Positions 38,018-47,870 of a stretch of DNA of 64,000 nt are shown in pieces. The stretch comes from an uncultured delta proteobacterium (GTDB taxonomy: Bacteria; Myxococcota_A; Polyangia; Polyangiales; Polyangiaceae). The first letter of the stretch is position 1, and every line of letters begins with the position of its first letter. The notes below the pieces were generated by a model. That model was not told the origin of the DNA. It worked only from the letters and a program-made list of their open reading frames with translations, and did not search any database. The translations under genes and the position numbers were made by a program. Location: NCBI GenBank assembly GCA_963841435.1, contig CAWJCS010000002.1:1120001-1184000 (forward strand). Reading direction: 5' to 3'.

Positions 38018-39498
38018 GCCACGGCCCTCGCGCTGGCGATCGGGAAGGTGAGCGTCACCGTCGTGCCCCGCCCGAGCGTGCTCGCAACGTCGAGGGCGCC
38101 GCCGTGTGCCTTCGCGACCCGCTCGGCGAAGCTCAGCCCGAGCCCGGTTCCCTGCGCCTTGGTCGTGAAGAAGAGCGCCGTTGCGCGCTCGAGCACCATC
38201 GGGCTCATCCCTTGCCCCTGATCCTCCACGCCGAGGAGAATCGCCTGGCCTTCGGCGTCGTAGCCCGTGCGCACGGTGATCACGCCGCCGGCGGGCATGG
38301 CCTCGGAGGCGTTTCGGAGGACGTTCTCGAGCGCGGTCACCACGAGGTCACGGTCGAGCGGACAGCTCGGCAACGCCTCCGTCAGCGCCGTCGCGAGCGT
38401 GACGCCCGGGCCGAGCGCCAGCCGCTGGAGCGGAACGACGCTCTCGACGACGCCGTTCAGCGACGTCGACACGAGGCGCGGCTCCACCTTCGCAATGCGC
38501 TGGTAGTGCTCGACGGTACGCGCGGCACGCTCGACCTGCTCACCCATGAGGGTTAGAAAGCGCGTCTGCCCGTCGAGCGAGCGCCCAGCTCGGTGCTCCT
38601 CCTCCAGGAACTCCACCGCGCCCCTGAGCGCCGCGAGGGGATTTTTGAGATCGTGGGCCAGCTGCTGCGAAAAGCGCCCGAGCGTCGCGAGCTCCTCGTT
38701 CTTGACGCGCCCGAGCGCTGCCGAGCGGTCGAATTCGCGGCTCGAGGCGAGCCCGACGAGCGCGAGAGCGGCCATGCCGAGCACCCACGGGCTCGAGCTC
38801 GGATCGAGAAAGCGCGCGAGCGCGAGGTGAGCCGACAGCCAGAACGCACCGAGCAGCACGGCATACAGCGCGAGCACTTTCGGCACCTCCCGGCCGAACA
38901 GGCTCAACCGCAACGCGGCGACCGCGATGAGCGACATCGCGATCAGCGTGCCGACCGCTGCCAGGCGCGGCACGGGCAGCTCGGTGTGTCCGTAGAGGAG
39001 ATCCGTCGAGCTTAGCGCGGTCCCGATCGAGAGCGCGAGCAGCAGCAGATCCGCGCGAGCGCGCTCCGCCTGGTCGAGCGTTCGTCGGCGGTGGACCCAC
39101 AAAAGAGCGATGGCGAGCGCCATGGCCAACGAGACCAGAAGCAAGAGCACCCACCACCAGCGGTCGACCGACACGAAGAGCCCAACGGCCGCGAACGTCA
39201 CGTACGCCGCCCCGACGAGACGGCGCAGGGCCCGCCGCCTGCCGACGAACACGACGACCACGTGGAGCGCGAGCGGAGCCATCAGACTCGCAAAGGCGCG
39301 GTCGACCCTCGACCACGCGACGGAGCCCGAAAGCTCGGCGGCCAGGCTCGCGAAGTTCCACACGAAGGCGTCGAAGAACAGGAGTGCCATGAGCCCGCCG
39401 AGCGCGCTCCTCGAGCGCCGGACGAAAGCGAGCATGCCGAAGGCGAGGTGTCCCGCGCACGCCATCACGGTCATCACGCCATACCCGTCCATCGCCAT
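38014..39498 (-). CDS. Multi-TM sensor histidine kinase
   Basis: About 7-8 TM segments; H-box LAHDLKNPL; N-box NVLRNASEA; EDQGQG; FFTTK; GTGLGL. Confidence 0.93.
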   Translation of the reverse strand: MAMDGYGVMTVMACAGHLAFGMLAFVRRSRSALGGLMALLFFDAFVWNFASLAAELSGSVAWSRVDRAFASLMAPLALHVVVVFVGRRRALRRLVGAAYVTFAAVGLFVSVDRWWWVLLLLVSLAMALAIALLWVHRRRTLDQAERARADLLLLALSIGTALSSTDLLYGHTELPVPRLAAVGTLIAMSLIAVAALRLSLFGREVPKVLALYAVLLGAFWLSAHLALARFLDPSSSPWVLGMAALALVGLASSREFDRSAALGRVKNEELATLGRFSQQLAHDLKNPLAALRGAVEFLEEEHRAGRSLDGQTRFLTLMGEQVERAARTVEHYQRIAKVEPRLVSTSLNGVVESVVPLQRLALGPGVTLATALTEALPSCPLDRDLVVTALENVLRNASEAMPAGGVITVRTGYDAEGQAILLGVEDQGQGMSPMVLERATALFFTTKAQGTGLGLSFAERVAKAHGGALDVASTLGRGTTVTLTFPIASARAVA

Positions 39499-39545
39499 TC
39501 ACTATATCCGTTCCTCCGGCCCGGACGTCGCACGCGAACCACCGT

Positions 39546-40388
39546 TCAGAGCTCGGCCATGAGCCAAGCCCCGCTCTCGAGCCCGCGCACGCTTCGCAAA
39601 AGGACGTGCTCGTGCGGACCGTGGCCGTGGTCGGCGTGCTCGTCTTCCCGCGACTTCTCGTGCAGCGCGTGCTCGGCTCGCCCGACCTCGAAGCCTGCCA
39701 GTAGGCCGCTGGCAAGCCGCATCTCGATGCGACCGGCAAGCCACCGACTCGACTGCCAGATGGGGCCACCGCCGAGACAATTCGCGCCGTCATCGAGGTG
39801 GGCGGGATCGTCCTGCACACCGGCGATGACGGAAAGGGTCACCAAGCGGGCGACCTCGGCGCCGAGGACCGCTTCCGCCAGCGACCCGCTCCCGCAGAGC
39901 AAGAGCGGCGGAATCGTTGCGCCCGGCCCACGCTCGACGGTCGTCTGCCAGAGCGACAGCGTGAGATCAGCACGGGCGAAGAGCGCGAGGCCGGGAGCGA
40001 GCTCAACGGCTTGGCCGAGCTCGAGCTCGAGCGGATGCACGTACCGGCTCTCGATGTCGAGGGACGATGTTCGCACGCCCGACAGCTCGAGCACCCGCAC
40101 TCGAACCGAGTCGTGAAGCTCGATCGCCAAAGCCGCCAACCCCCACTGCGCCGGAGCACCGAAGAAAGCGCCACTCGCAGTCGCCCCAAGCCCGCCGTCC
40201 CGCAGCGCCCAACCAACGCGCGGAGCGGCGAACGCGAGCGGCGCCCGACCCGCTGGCGCTGGCCGCGCCGAAGCCTGAAGCGCGAGACCGGGGCCACCCG
40301 CGCGAACCTCCGCGGCTGCGGCCGGTACGAACGGGATCGGCAACGCGTGCAACCCAGCGAGAGCGAGAGCAGCGAGTGTGAGCGGCAT
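39546..40388 (-). CDS. Exported, possibly outer-membrane beta-rich protein with His-rich segment near the C-terminus
   Basis: Signal peptide; alternating-pattern beta strands; EHALHEKSREDEHADHGHGPHEH. Confidence 0.65.
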   Translation of the reverse strand: MPLTLAALALAGLHALPIPFVPAAAAEVRAGGPGLALQASARPAPAGRAPLAFAAPRVGWALRDGGLGATASGAFFGAPAQWGLAALAIELHDSVRVRVLELSGVRTSSLDIESRYVHPLELELGQAVELAPGLALFARADLTLSLWQTTVERGPGATIPPLLLCGSGSLAEAVLGAEVARLVTLSVIAGVQDDPAHLDDGANCLGGGPIWQSSRWLAGRIEMRLASGLLAGFEVGRAEHALHEKSREDEHADHGHGPHEHVLLRSVRGLESGAWLMAEL

Positions 40389-40400
40389 GCCGCGCCCTGG

Positions 40401-40416
40401 TGCAAAGGCGATGCCG
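40401..40416 (-). promoter_or_regulatory. Sigma54 -24/-12 promoter
   Basis: Minus strand CGGCATCGCCTTTGCA, matching YGGCAY-N5-TTGCW, immediately upstream of the operon that encodes an NtrC-type activator. Confidence 0.65.
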
Positions 40417-40797
40417 TGCGAGAACCCTCACGAAACCCAGCCGATCCCCCGACCCCGCGCCGCTGACCCGTGCAGGTTTTGGCACACAGCGAGCGACGGT
40501 GGGTACACCCGGGTTGTCGCTCGGCCTCACGAGTTCGCCGGCCACGAGCGCATCACGCCGTGGCCTTCGCCGCCCGCTGGGTCGCCCGGCGCTCCCGCCG
40601 GTAGCGGCTGGTGGCTCGATTCACGAGGGTGGCGGCGGGAGCGGCGGCGGCGCCTCGGCGGTGGCGGCTCTGGCTCCGGTCTCGTCGGCGGGTCCAGTTG
40701 CGCCGGCAGCAGCCTGCTTGTCGCCGCACGGATCACGGGCATCGGCACCGCGCGGTATGGTCGCCCAGCGCCTCGACCGGAACTCCGACCAAGGGCT

Positions 40798-41184
40798 TCA
40801 AGCCGCTCCCTCATCCAGCGGCTGCCAGAGCTCTACCCGGTTGCCGTCGCAGTCCTTGATCCAGGCGAAACGGCCGTAGCCTTCGTCCTGCCGTTTTGGG
40901 TCGATCCACACCCCCGCTGCCGCGAGCCTCATGAGGAGGGCGTCGAGGTCATCCACGCGGTAGTTGATCATCACCGCCTGCTTTCCCTCACCGAAGTAGG
41001 TCGTGTCCATCGGAAAGGGGTTCCACGCCGTCATGCCCGTCCCCTTCGGCACTTCGTCCTTCCACGAGAAGGTCGCCCCGTAGTCGCCTACCTCGACCCC
41101 CAGATGCTGCGCGTACCAGGCTCCGAGCGCCTTCGGGTCCGCGCTTCGCAGGAACACACCGCCTATGCCCGTCACTCTTGCCAT
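40798..41184 (-). CDS. VOC/glyoxalase family protein
   Basis: GGAGG RBS; MARVTGIGGVFLRSADPKAL..WY..HLG, MINYRVDDLD, YGRFAWIKD.DGNRVELWQP. Confidence 0.92.
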   Translation of the reverse strand: MARVTGIGGVFLRSADPKALGAWYAQHLGVEVGDYGATFSWKDEVPKGTGMTAWNPFPMDTTYFGEGKQAVMINYRVDDLDALLMRLAAAGVWIDPKRQDEGYGRFAWIKDCDGNRVELWQPLDEGAA

Positions 41185-41267
41185 GCCGTTCACCTCCGCG
41201 TGCTCATACTTCGGCCACGCGCCTCGCGGCAAACAATGGCGGTCTCGGAGGGCCGGCTCCGGCTATC

Positions 41268-42197
41268 ATGAGCGCGGTGCTTCGATCGAGTTCCGTGCTC
41301 GTCGCGCTCTCGCTCCTCTGGTGCGGTGCGGCCCACGCCGAGGATGGGTGCCCGAGCCCGGCGGCGGTCGAGCGCGCGGTCGCGGAGCTTACGTCGCGTG
41401 AGCGGGCTCGTCCCGAGCTCGACGAGGGGGCGCGCCGAAGCCTCGTTCTCGAGGATCTGGGCACGCGCTTTCGGGTGAGCCTCAGTGGGCGGACGCGGGA
41501 GTACGCGGACGAAGGGCGAGATTGCGAGCGGCGCACCCGGCTCGCGGCGGTGTTCATCGCGCTCGTGCTCACCGGCGACGAAGGGGCGGAAGACGCTCCG
41601 GCGGCGACCGAAACGCCAGGGGCCGCAGCGCCCGCAGCGTCGAGCGCTCCACCGCCTCCGCGTCGAGCGCCGTCGCCACGGGAGCACGAGCGGGCATCGC
41701 GGTTCTTCGCGGATGCGGCCGCCCGCGTGGCCTTCGCGCCGAAAAACTCCGGGCTGGTCGTGCTGCCGGGCGCGGAGCTCGGCGTGTCGTTCATGCCGGG
41801 GGACCTCGGCGTGCGGCTCGCCGTGGCCGCGCCGTTCGTGACGGGAACCCTTGCGGTGGGGCCCGCGAGCGCGCGCGTGGCCCGCTACCCGGTGTCGCTG
41901 CTTGCCCGCTACCAGCTGCACCTCGCGCCGTTCGTCGCGACGCTCGAAGCGGGCGCGGAAGGCGCGCTGCTCACCGTGGCTCGTGAGGACGGCTCCCACG
42001 CACACACGCGCGTGGATGTGGCGGGGAGGCTCGGCCTGGGTCTCGCTCTCGCCGGGTTTCGCGTTTCTCCGGTGCTGAACGCTTTTGTGGAGGCGGTACC
42101 GCTGCGATTTCCGCTCGCGCTGGAGCCGGACGGGGTGCTCGAAAAGACGCCCGCGCTCTGGGTAGGCGCCACGGCAGGCCTCTGCGTCGCGTTTTGA
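41268..42197 (+). CDS. Exported protein with C-terminal beta-barrel-like region, first gene of an ECF operon
   Basis: Signal peptide ending AHA; CPS...V...C N-terminal domain; Pro/Ala linker; beta strands ending in a terminal Phe. Confidence 0.72.
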   Translation: MSAVLRSSSVLVALSLLWCGAAHAEDGCPSPAAVERAVAELTSRERARPELDEGARRSLVLEDLGTRFRVSLSGRTREYADEGRDCERRTRLAAVFIALVLTGDEGAEDAPAATETPGAAAPAASSAPPPPRRAPSPREHERASRFFADAAARVAFAPKNSGLVVLPGAELGVSFMPGDLGVRLAVAAPFVTGTLAVGPASARVARYPVSLLARYQLHLAPFVATLEAGAEGALLTVAREDGSHAHTRVDVAGRLGLGLALAGFRVSPVLNAFVEAVPLRFPLALEPDGVLEKTPALWVGATAGLCVAF

Positions 42198-42232
42198 TTG
42201 AAGGTCCGGGCGGGGTCAGGTCCTCTAGGAGC

Positions 42233-42817
42233 GTGGCCGAACCCCGCCTCGGGAAGCTCGCCCCGGTGCCCCCGGGTGTGCCGGCCGGCACGGGAGCGCT
42301 CGATCTAGCCACCGTGTACGACGAGTGGTTCGAGCGGGTGTGTGCCTGGCTCCGGGCGCTCGGTGCCCCCCGTGCCGACCACGAGGACCTCGCGCAAGAG
42401 GTGTTCGTCGTGGTCCGCAGGCGACTCTCGGACTTCGACGGTGTGAACCTCGGCGCCTGGTTGTTCCAGATCGCGCGCCGCCAGGTGCTGCGTCACCGGC
42501 GGCTCGCGTGGGTGAAGCGGGCGCTCGTCGGCTCGAGCCATGACGCGCTGCCGGCCATGGCGCATCCCGGGCCTTCGCCGCTCGCCGCGCTCGAGGCCCG
42601 GGACAAGCAGCGCCTGGTCGAAGAGCTACTCTCGGGTCTGAGCGAGAAGCGCCGCGTCGTGTTCGTGCTGTTCGAGATCGAAGGCAGCTCGGGTGAGGAG
42701 ATCGCGGAGCTCCTGGGAGTGCCCGTCAACACGGTGTGGACACGGTTGCACCACGCGCGTCGGGATTTCTTCGCGCGGCTCGCCGCGTACAAGCGCGAGC
42801 GTGGAGGTGCCACGTGA
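42233..42817 (+). CDS. ECF sigma factor (sigma70 family)
   Basis: EDLAQEVF, AWLFQIARR, R.VFVLFEIEG.SGEEIAELLGVPVNTVWTRLHHAR. The start could be 42194. Confidence 0.92.
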   Translation: MAEPRLGKLAPVPPGVPAGTGALDLATVYDEWFERVCAWLRALGAPRADHEDLAQEVFVVVRRRLSDFDGVNLGAWLFQIARRQVLRHRRLAWVKRALVGSSHDALPAMAHPGPSPLAALEARDKQRLVEELLSGLSEKRRVVFVLFEIEGSSGEEIAELLGVPVNTVWTRLHHARRDFFARLAAYKRERGGAT

Positions 42818-43491
42818 AGCGCCTGGTCGAACGCGAGCTCCCGCCGCAATCGGTGGAGGGCGAGGCCCGCGCGCTGCTCGAAGCGATGAGCCCCCATGAG
42901 CCGGTGCTCGGGATGAAGCAGCGCGTGCGGGTGGGGTTGCTCGCCACGCCCGTCGGGACGCGGAGGTTCCGGCCCCGAGCGTCGCTCGTGCTGGCGGCCG
43001 CGCTGGTGGCTTCGGTGGCGGCAGCCGCGACCTACCTCCGAGAGCGGAGCGCACCGCCTGCGGCCGTTGCGTCACCGCCCCGCGTCCCGGCTCCGGTGTC
43101 GCTCGCCCCCGAGCGAGCGGAGGCGACGACACCCGAGGCCCCGCCCGAGGTGCACGTAAAAGAAGCGCCCGTCGAGGCGAAGAGCGCCCCCGCCCCGGGT
43201 CGCGGCGCCGCCAAGCCCGACGACACCGCGTCGGAGGCGAACCTGCTGTTCGAGGCCACCCGCGCGCTGCGGCGCGAGGGGAACCCCGCGCGCGCGACGC
43301 AGCTGCTCGCCGAGTATCACAAGAAATTCCCGCGCGGGGCGCTTTCGGAGGAGGCGCTCGCGCTGTCGCTCGAGGCGGCCGTGGCGCGGGGGGACGCCCG
43401 CGCGGAAAAGCTCGCGCGGCGCTACCTCGAGCTCTATCCGCAGGGTCACTTCGTTGACAAGGCGAAGCGCGCGCTCGGAACGAGCGAATGA
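42814..43491 (+). CDS. Putative anti-sigma factor: single TM + Pro-rich linker + TPR-like periplasmic domain
   Basis: GTGA overlap with the sigma stop; TM LVLAAALVASVAAA; FPRGALSEEA, RRYLELYPQG. Confidence 0.78.
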   Translation: MKRLVERELPPQSVEGEARALLEAMSPHEPVLGMKQRVRVGLLATPVGTRRFRPRASLVLAAALVASVAAAATYLRERSAPPAAVASPPRVPAPVSLAPERAEATTPEAPPEVHVKEAPVEAKSAPAPGRGAAKPDDTASEANLLFEATRALRREGNPARATQLLAEYHKKFPRGALSEEALALSLEAAVARGDARAEKLARRYLELYPQGHFVDKAKRALGTSE

Positions 43492-44240
43492 GGCACGCGG
43501 CGGCCGTCGTGCTCCTTTCGCTCGGCTGCTCGCCCGCGCCCCTTCACCTCGGCCAGGACCCCGACTTCGTGTTCTTTACCGACCACGAATCCGGTGACCT
43601 TTCGGATTGGAACGCGCGCGGGACCACGTGGGAGGACGCGGGTGGCACGCTCGCGCTCGTGAGCTCGCCCACGCGGAGTGGCCGCTTTGCGGTGGATGCG
43701 AGCGTCGTGGCCCAGCCGATGGGGACTCAGTCCGCGGCGTTCCTGTTCGCAAACGACCTGCCAGAGAACGCGTATTTCAGCGCCTGGTTTTACCTGAGCG
43801 CGGCGGCGAGCGCGTCCTACTACTGGGCCTTTTTCAAGCTCGCGGCCCAGCAGCCGCCGCCCTCGGACAGCAGTCAGGAAATCTGGGTGCTCGACGTCGC
43901 TCCGGGCGCGAGCGGCGCGAGCGGCGCGACGCTGCGCCTCTACAGCGACGTTTACCCGGACCAGGTGCTCGACGCTTCGCCCGCGCTGCCGATCGGGCGC
44001 TGGTTCCAGGTGGAGGCGTTCGTGCGCGCGCCGACACCCGACGAGGGCGAGCTCAGGATTTGGGTTGACGGGTCCGAGGTCTTCGAGCACCATGGGGCGA
44101 CGCTGCCGACGACGACCGTCACCTGGGTGATCGGCAGCGGTGCCGACGGGCTCGAAGCGCCGGGAGCGTCTCTCTTCATCGACGACGCGGCCGTGACCCG
44201 GAGGCGCCTCGGCCCCGGGTTTCCACCGTTCTGGCACTAG
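43488..44240 (+). CDS. Lipoprotein with ConA/jelly-roll (polysaccharide-lyase-like) domain
   Basis: Lipobox SLGC; DHESGDLSDW, YFSAWFYL, PIGRWFQVE, GELRIWVDG, LFIDD. Confidence 0.7.
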   Translation: MRHAAAVVLLSLGCSPAPLHLGQDPDFVFFTDHESGDLSDWNARGTTWEDAGGTLALVSSPTRSGRFAVDASVVAQPMGTQSAAFLFANDLPENAYFSAWFYLSAAASASYYWAFFKLAAQQPPPSDSSQEIWVLDVAPGASGASGATLRLYSDVYPDQVLDASPALPIGRWFQVEAFVRAPTPDEGELRIWVDGSEVFEHHGATLPTTTVTWVIGSGADGLEAPGASLFIDDAAVTRRRLGPGFPPFWH

Positions 44241-44283
44241 TGTACTAGCTACGGCTGCTCGTCGTCAGTACCGCCGCCCGTCG

Positions 44284-46290
44284 TCAGGGCATGAGCGTGT
44301 CCGCGCGCGTCTTGGCGGGAAGCGTGCCGACGCGGGGTGAAAGATCCGCTCCTGCCCAGGGCCAGTCGAGCTCCGCCGGCCAGAAGTCGGGCCTCGCCGC
44401 GAGGTAGAGCGACGCCGGGAGCTCGCGCACGTTGACGTTCGGATCCCAGCGCACGTCGTTCGCGACCGTGTCGTAGTTTCCGTGGAGGAACAGCGTGGTG
44501 AACGAGACGTTCGACTCGTAGTCGGCGCCGAGCTCGATGATGGACGACCCCGACGTTCCGGCGTTCAAGTAGCGCTCGCTCACGGCAGCGGTACCGAGGT
44601 CGCTCTCGGCCGAGCTGCCGAGCACGTTGCCGACCAGCGTCATCGCGATGTCACCCTGATCGAACTGGATCGCGGTCACGTTGCCGGTTTGCACTTCCGT
44701 CGAGCCGTAGACGGCAGGGGGCGCGTGCTGGCTCGAGGAGTAGTTCCGGAAGTAGGTGAGGTAGCCCGCGTTGCCGTGCGTGGTGGTCGCGCCCATGTGC
44801 GGCGCGTAGTTGCCCTCCATCAGCTCCATGTGGGGAAAGGAGCAGTGCGTGTCGATGGCGACCTCCTGCCAGGCGGGCGGCGTTGCCCAAGAATTGTCGG
44901 CGTAGTTGTAGCCGATGACGTTTCCCCCGCCTGACACGTTGAACAGGATCGGCTTGTTCATGTAGCGGACGACGTTGTTCTCGACCAAGCCGTCCGCCGC
45001 GCCGCAGCGCAGAACGATGCCGTAGCAGTCGTGGCCGAAGCCGTAGTCCGCGGAATGGTGGAAATAGCTGTCGCGCACGACGACGCGGTACGTCCCGCTC
45101 AGGACCACGTGCATGCCGCCGATCGTTTCGTCGGTCTGCACGTCCCGGATCCACGAGTTCGCGGCGTTCGAGACGTCGATGCCGCCCGCGGTCTGGCCGT
45201 TGTAGCCCGGATTGTTGCCCCCCTTCAGGTACAGCCCCTCGATGCCGGCGTAACGCGTGACGTGCTGGCTGAGCCGGGCGATGCGCGCGTCGTGCGGCGC
45301 GGCGCTCCGGAAGGTCCAGTGGAGCGGGGTCGTGAGCGTCAGCGTGCCGCTCGCCGCGTCGATGCTCGCGATCTCCACGCGCTGGCTGAGCGAACGCCGG
45401 TCCTCCCGCTTGAAGTATTGGCAGTCGCCCTCCTCAACGTCCCCGTCGTCCGCCTCGTCGAGCAGCGCCAGATCGCCCGCCCGGAACGTGTCCGCGCCGG
45501 AGACGCGCACGGTGCGCGTCTCTTTCACGGCATCTTCGCTCAGCGCGCGCGCGGATTCGAAGGCGCTCGCGTAGCAGGCCTGGTCTTGGTCCGTGCCGAT
45601 CGCGAGCACCGCGCCGCCGCCCGTCCGCACGAGCGTCGTGCCGCCCGCGCCGGAGCCGCTCGACCCGCGACCCCGCAGGACGACACCCTTCGTGAGCACG
45701 AGCGTTTTCGACAGCGTGTATTCGGCGGCAGCGAGCTCTACGACCTGACCCTCGGGGCAGGCGTCGAGCGCGGCCTGAAGGTCGTCACCCGGCATCGGCT
45801 CCGCGCACACTTCGGTGCGCACGGGGATGCCGTCCTTGCCGAGCGGCGCATGGGTGAGCTCGTCCGATAGGATCCCGGGATCCCACGCCGTGATCCGCGC
45901 CGGGTCGATGAGCCCGTCGGCGGGAACGTTGCACGGCATGCCGCCGCAGTCGCTCCCCGCGCCGCCCTCCGGGCCCGCGCCGGACTCACCTGCCGAGCTC
46001 GTGCCGCCGGCGCCGCCCGACGCTCCGCCCGTTCCCGAGCCCGCGCCGGCCGTCCCGCCGCTACCGGACGCACCGCCCGTTCCGCCGTCCCCACGGCCCG
46101 ACGAGCCACCGTTCGCCTTACCGGACGAGCCTGAGCCCCCGGCCCCCGAGCTGCCCCCCGAGCCGCCCGCGCCCGGGCTCCCTGCGGTTTCGCCGAGTGG
46201 GGGCGCCGGGTCCTCGTGGGAGCTCGTGCAGCCAGCCGTCGCGAGCGCGACCCCGAGCAACCCGAGGCTCTTAGCGAAACGGTTGTCCAT
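44284..46290 (-). CDS. Right-handed beta-helix (pectin-lyase superfamily) lipoprotein with Gly-rich linker
   Basis: Lipobox TAGC; LQAALDACPEGQVVEL, KGVVLRGRG, AGIEGL, NSWIRDV, VRDSYFH, LVENN, GNVIGYNY, LPASLYL...P.FW. Confidence 0.82.
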   Translation of the reverse strand: MDNRFAKSLGLLGVALATAGCTSSHEDPAPPLGETAGSPGAGGSGGSSGAGGSGSSGKANGGSSGRGDGGTGGASGSGGTAGAGSGTGGASGGAGGTSSAGESGAGPEGGAGSDCGGMPCNVPADGLIDPARITAWDPGILSDELTHAPLGKDGIPVRTEVCAEPMPGDDLQAALDACPEGQVVELAAAEYTLSKTLVLTKGVVLRGRGSSGSGAGGTTLVRTGGGAVLAIGTDQDQACYASAFESARALSEDAVKETRTVRVSGADTFRAGDLALLDEADDGDVEEGDCQYFKREDRRSLSQRVEIASIDAASGTLTLTTPLHWTFRSAAPHDARIARLSQHVTRYAGIEGLYLKGGNNPGYNGQTAGGIDVSNAANSWIRDVQTDETIGGMHVVLSGTYRVVVRDSYFHHSADYGFGHDCYGIVLRCGAADGLVENNVVRYMNKPILFNVSGGGNVIGYNYADNSWATPPAWQEVAIDTHCSFPHMELMEGNYAPHMGATTTHGNAGYLTYFRNYSSSQHAPPAVYGSTEVQTGNVTAIQFDQGDIAMTLVGNVLGSSAESDLGTAAVSERYLNAGTSGSSIIELGADYESNVSFTTLFLHGNYDTVANDVRWDPNVNVRELPASLYLAARPDFWPAELDWPWAGADLSPRVGTLPAKTRADTLMP

Positions 46291-46331
46291 GTCGTCCGAA
46301 GGACCGCTCGCCGCTCGAACCTTCAATCAGC

Positions 46332-47867
46332 TCACAGATCGAGCTCACCGAGGTGGAGCGGCGTGTTCGCGCTGATGAAGTCGGGCGCGCCGTTGTTTGC
46401 CATGAGTGCGTCTCCCGAGACGCCGGAGTCGCCAATCTTGCCGGTCTGTCCGAACGTCGCGTCGTCCCCGCCCAGCATGCGCAGCACCTGAGCGTAGAGG
46501 TCGCCGAGGGAGCGCCGCCCTTCACAGACGACGTGCCGGCCCTGCCCCTCTGGGAACGCCGAGCCGAGGCCGGCCATCACGACGGGATGGTTGAACGAGT
46601 GATGAAAGGAGCCGTAGCCGAGGTCGGAGACCCAGAGCACCAGCGTGTTGTCGAGCAAGCGGCTGCCGTCCGTATCGGCGATGGCGGCCAGCCGCTGGAT
46701 CAACCGCGTGAACACCTTGCCGTAGAACTGAAAGCCCCGCGTCAGGTCGGGCACCCAGGGCCGCTCGAGCGTGTCCGTGTCGTGAATGATGGCGTGCCAC
46801 CCCGCGTCGCCGGTAAACGGTGACTCCCCGTCGAACTCGCTCGGGAAAGCCGGCACGTAGTCGAGCAAAAACTGCATGCTCGCCACGCGAGTGATGTCGC
46901 AGGCGAGCGCCTGCACGAGGTTCTCGACCTCGTACTGCCACATCTTGGCTTCGTCGTAACCGGTGCTCCAGTCGTGGCTGTCGTCCTGAAACTCCGCTTC
47001 GCTCGGGATCGTGCTCGGGTCGGGCGGTGCGCACTCATCCGTGGGGACGCTCGGGCCGCCTCCCACCACCTGCGCCTCGAGCGATTGGATGAACGCGGCG
47101 TGCTGGTCGAGGCGCTCGCGATCCCTTGCGCCGACCTGGCCGCGAATCGTCACGAAGCTCTTGGCGACCGCGTCCAGCATGCTCGCGCGGCGTTCCGCGA
47201 GCCTGTCGGCCAGGGTCTTGTCGGGGGGCGGCGCGTTGCCGTCGCTCGGCCGCACGCTCGCGAACAGCTCCGCGGCCGCCTCGTCCGGCGGCAAATTGTA
47301 GACCGGCGTGCCGGTGCCGTTCGCGCCGAAGAAACGGCCCGAATCGGTGACGAAGCCGGGGACGGGGCTGCTCGTAAACACGATGTTCGGCCGCTGCGCC
47401 GTGGAGGCGCGCAGGCGCTGGGCCGCCACGTAGTCGAGCGAAGGGCCACCCGCCTTCACGAGCCCCGACGGAGGCACCGCGCAGGTGAGGCAGGTGAGCT
47501 CGGCGGAGGCATGCCCGTCGGAGTCGCCCGTCATGTGCCGCACCAGGTTGTCCACCTGGTCGAGGGTGACGATCTCGTTCCGCACCGCGCCGATGGACGC
47601 GAGTAGCGGCGAGAGATCACCGCTTGCCGGCAGCGGACCGGTCTTCGCGAGCGGCGACCAGTTGTCGTCCTTGTCCGTGCGGCCCCCGCAAACGCGACCG
47701 TGTGCGTGCTGCAGGATCACGAGTCGCTTGGGTGGCGCGGCGCTTTGGCCGAAGGCGACCCGCGGCGCGTGGGCTTCGAGCATCGGCAGCGCGAGCACCG
47801 CACCTCCAGCGCCGACGAGAAAGCGGCGCCGATCGAGTCGCTGCGTCAGGTGTCGAGAAATGCGCAT
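46332..47867 (-). CDS. DUF1552 family protein with Tat-like N-terminus
   Basis: DRRRFLVGAGG..LALPMLE, GGPSLD, RLDQH, ALACDITRVA, WHAIIH, LLDNTLVLWVSDLG, HHSFNHP. Confidence 0.9.
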   Translation of the reverse strand: MRISRHLTQRLDRRRFLVGAGGAVLALPMLEAHAPRVAFGQSAAPPKRLVILQHAHGRVCGGRTDKDDNWSPLAKTGPLPASGDLSPLLASIGAVRNEIVTLDQVDNLVRHMTGDSDGHASAELTCLTCAVPPSGLVKAGGPSLDYVAAQRLRASTAQRPNIVFTSSPVPGFVTDSGRFFGANGTGTPVYNLPPDEAAAELFASVRPSDGNAPPPDKTLADRLAERRASMLDAVAKSFVTIRGQVGARDRERLDQHAAFIQSLEAQVVGGGPSVPTDECAPPDPSTIPSEAEFQDDSHDWSTGYDEAKMWQYEVENLVQALACDITRVASMQFLLDYVPAFPSEFDGESPFTGDAGWHAIIHDTDTLERPWVPDLTRGFQFYGKVFTRLIQRLAAIADTDGSRLLDNTLVLWVSDLGYGSFHHSFNHPVVMAGLGSAFPEGQGRHVVCEGRRSLGDLYAQVLRMLGGDDATFGQTGKIGDSGVSGDALMANNGAPDFISANTPLHLGELDL

Positions 47868-47870
47868 GGC

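Noticed and set aside
40527..40814. Short Pro/Arg-rich ORF downstream of the VOC gene
   Set aside because: Low complexity with no recognisable motif; it may simply be the upstream regulatory region of the sigma54 promoter.
44236..44250. CACTAGTGTACTAG palindromic patch at a convergent gene junction (possible element footprint)
   Set aside because: Too short and single-copy here; no partner end was found.
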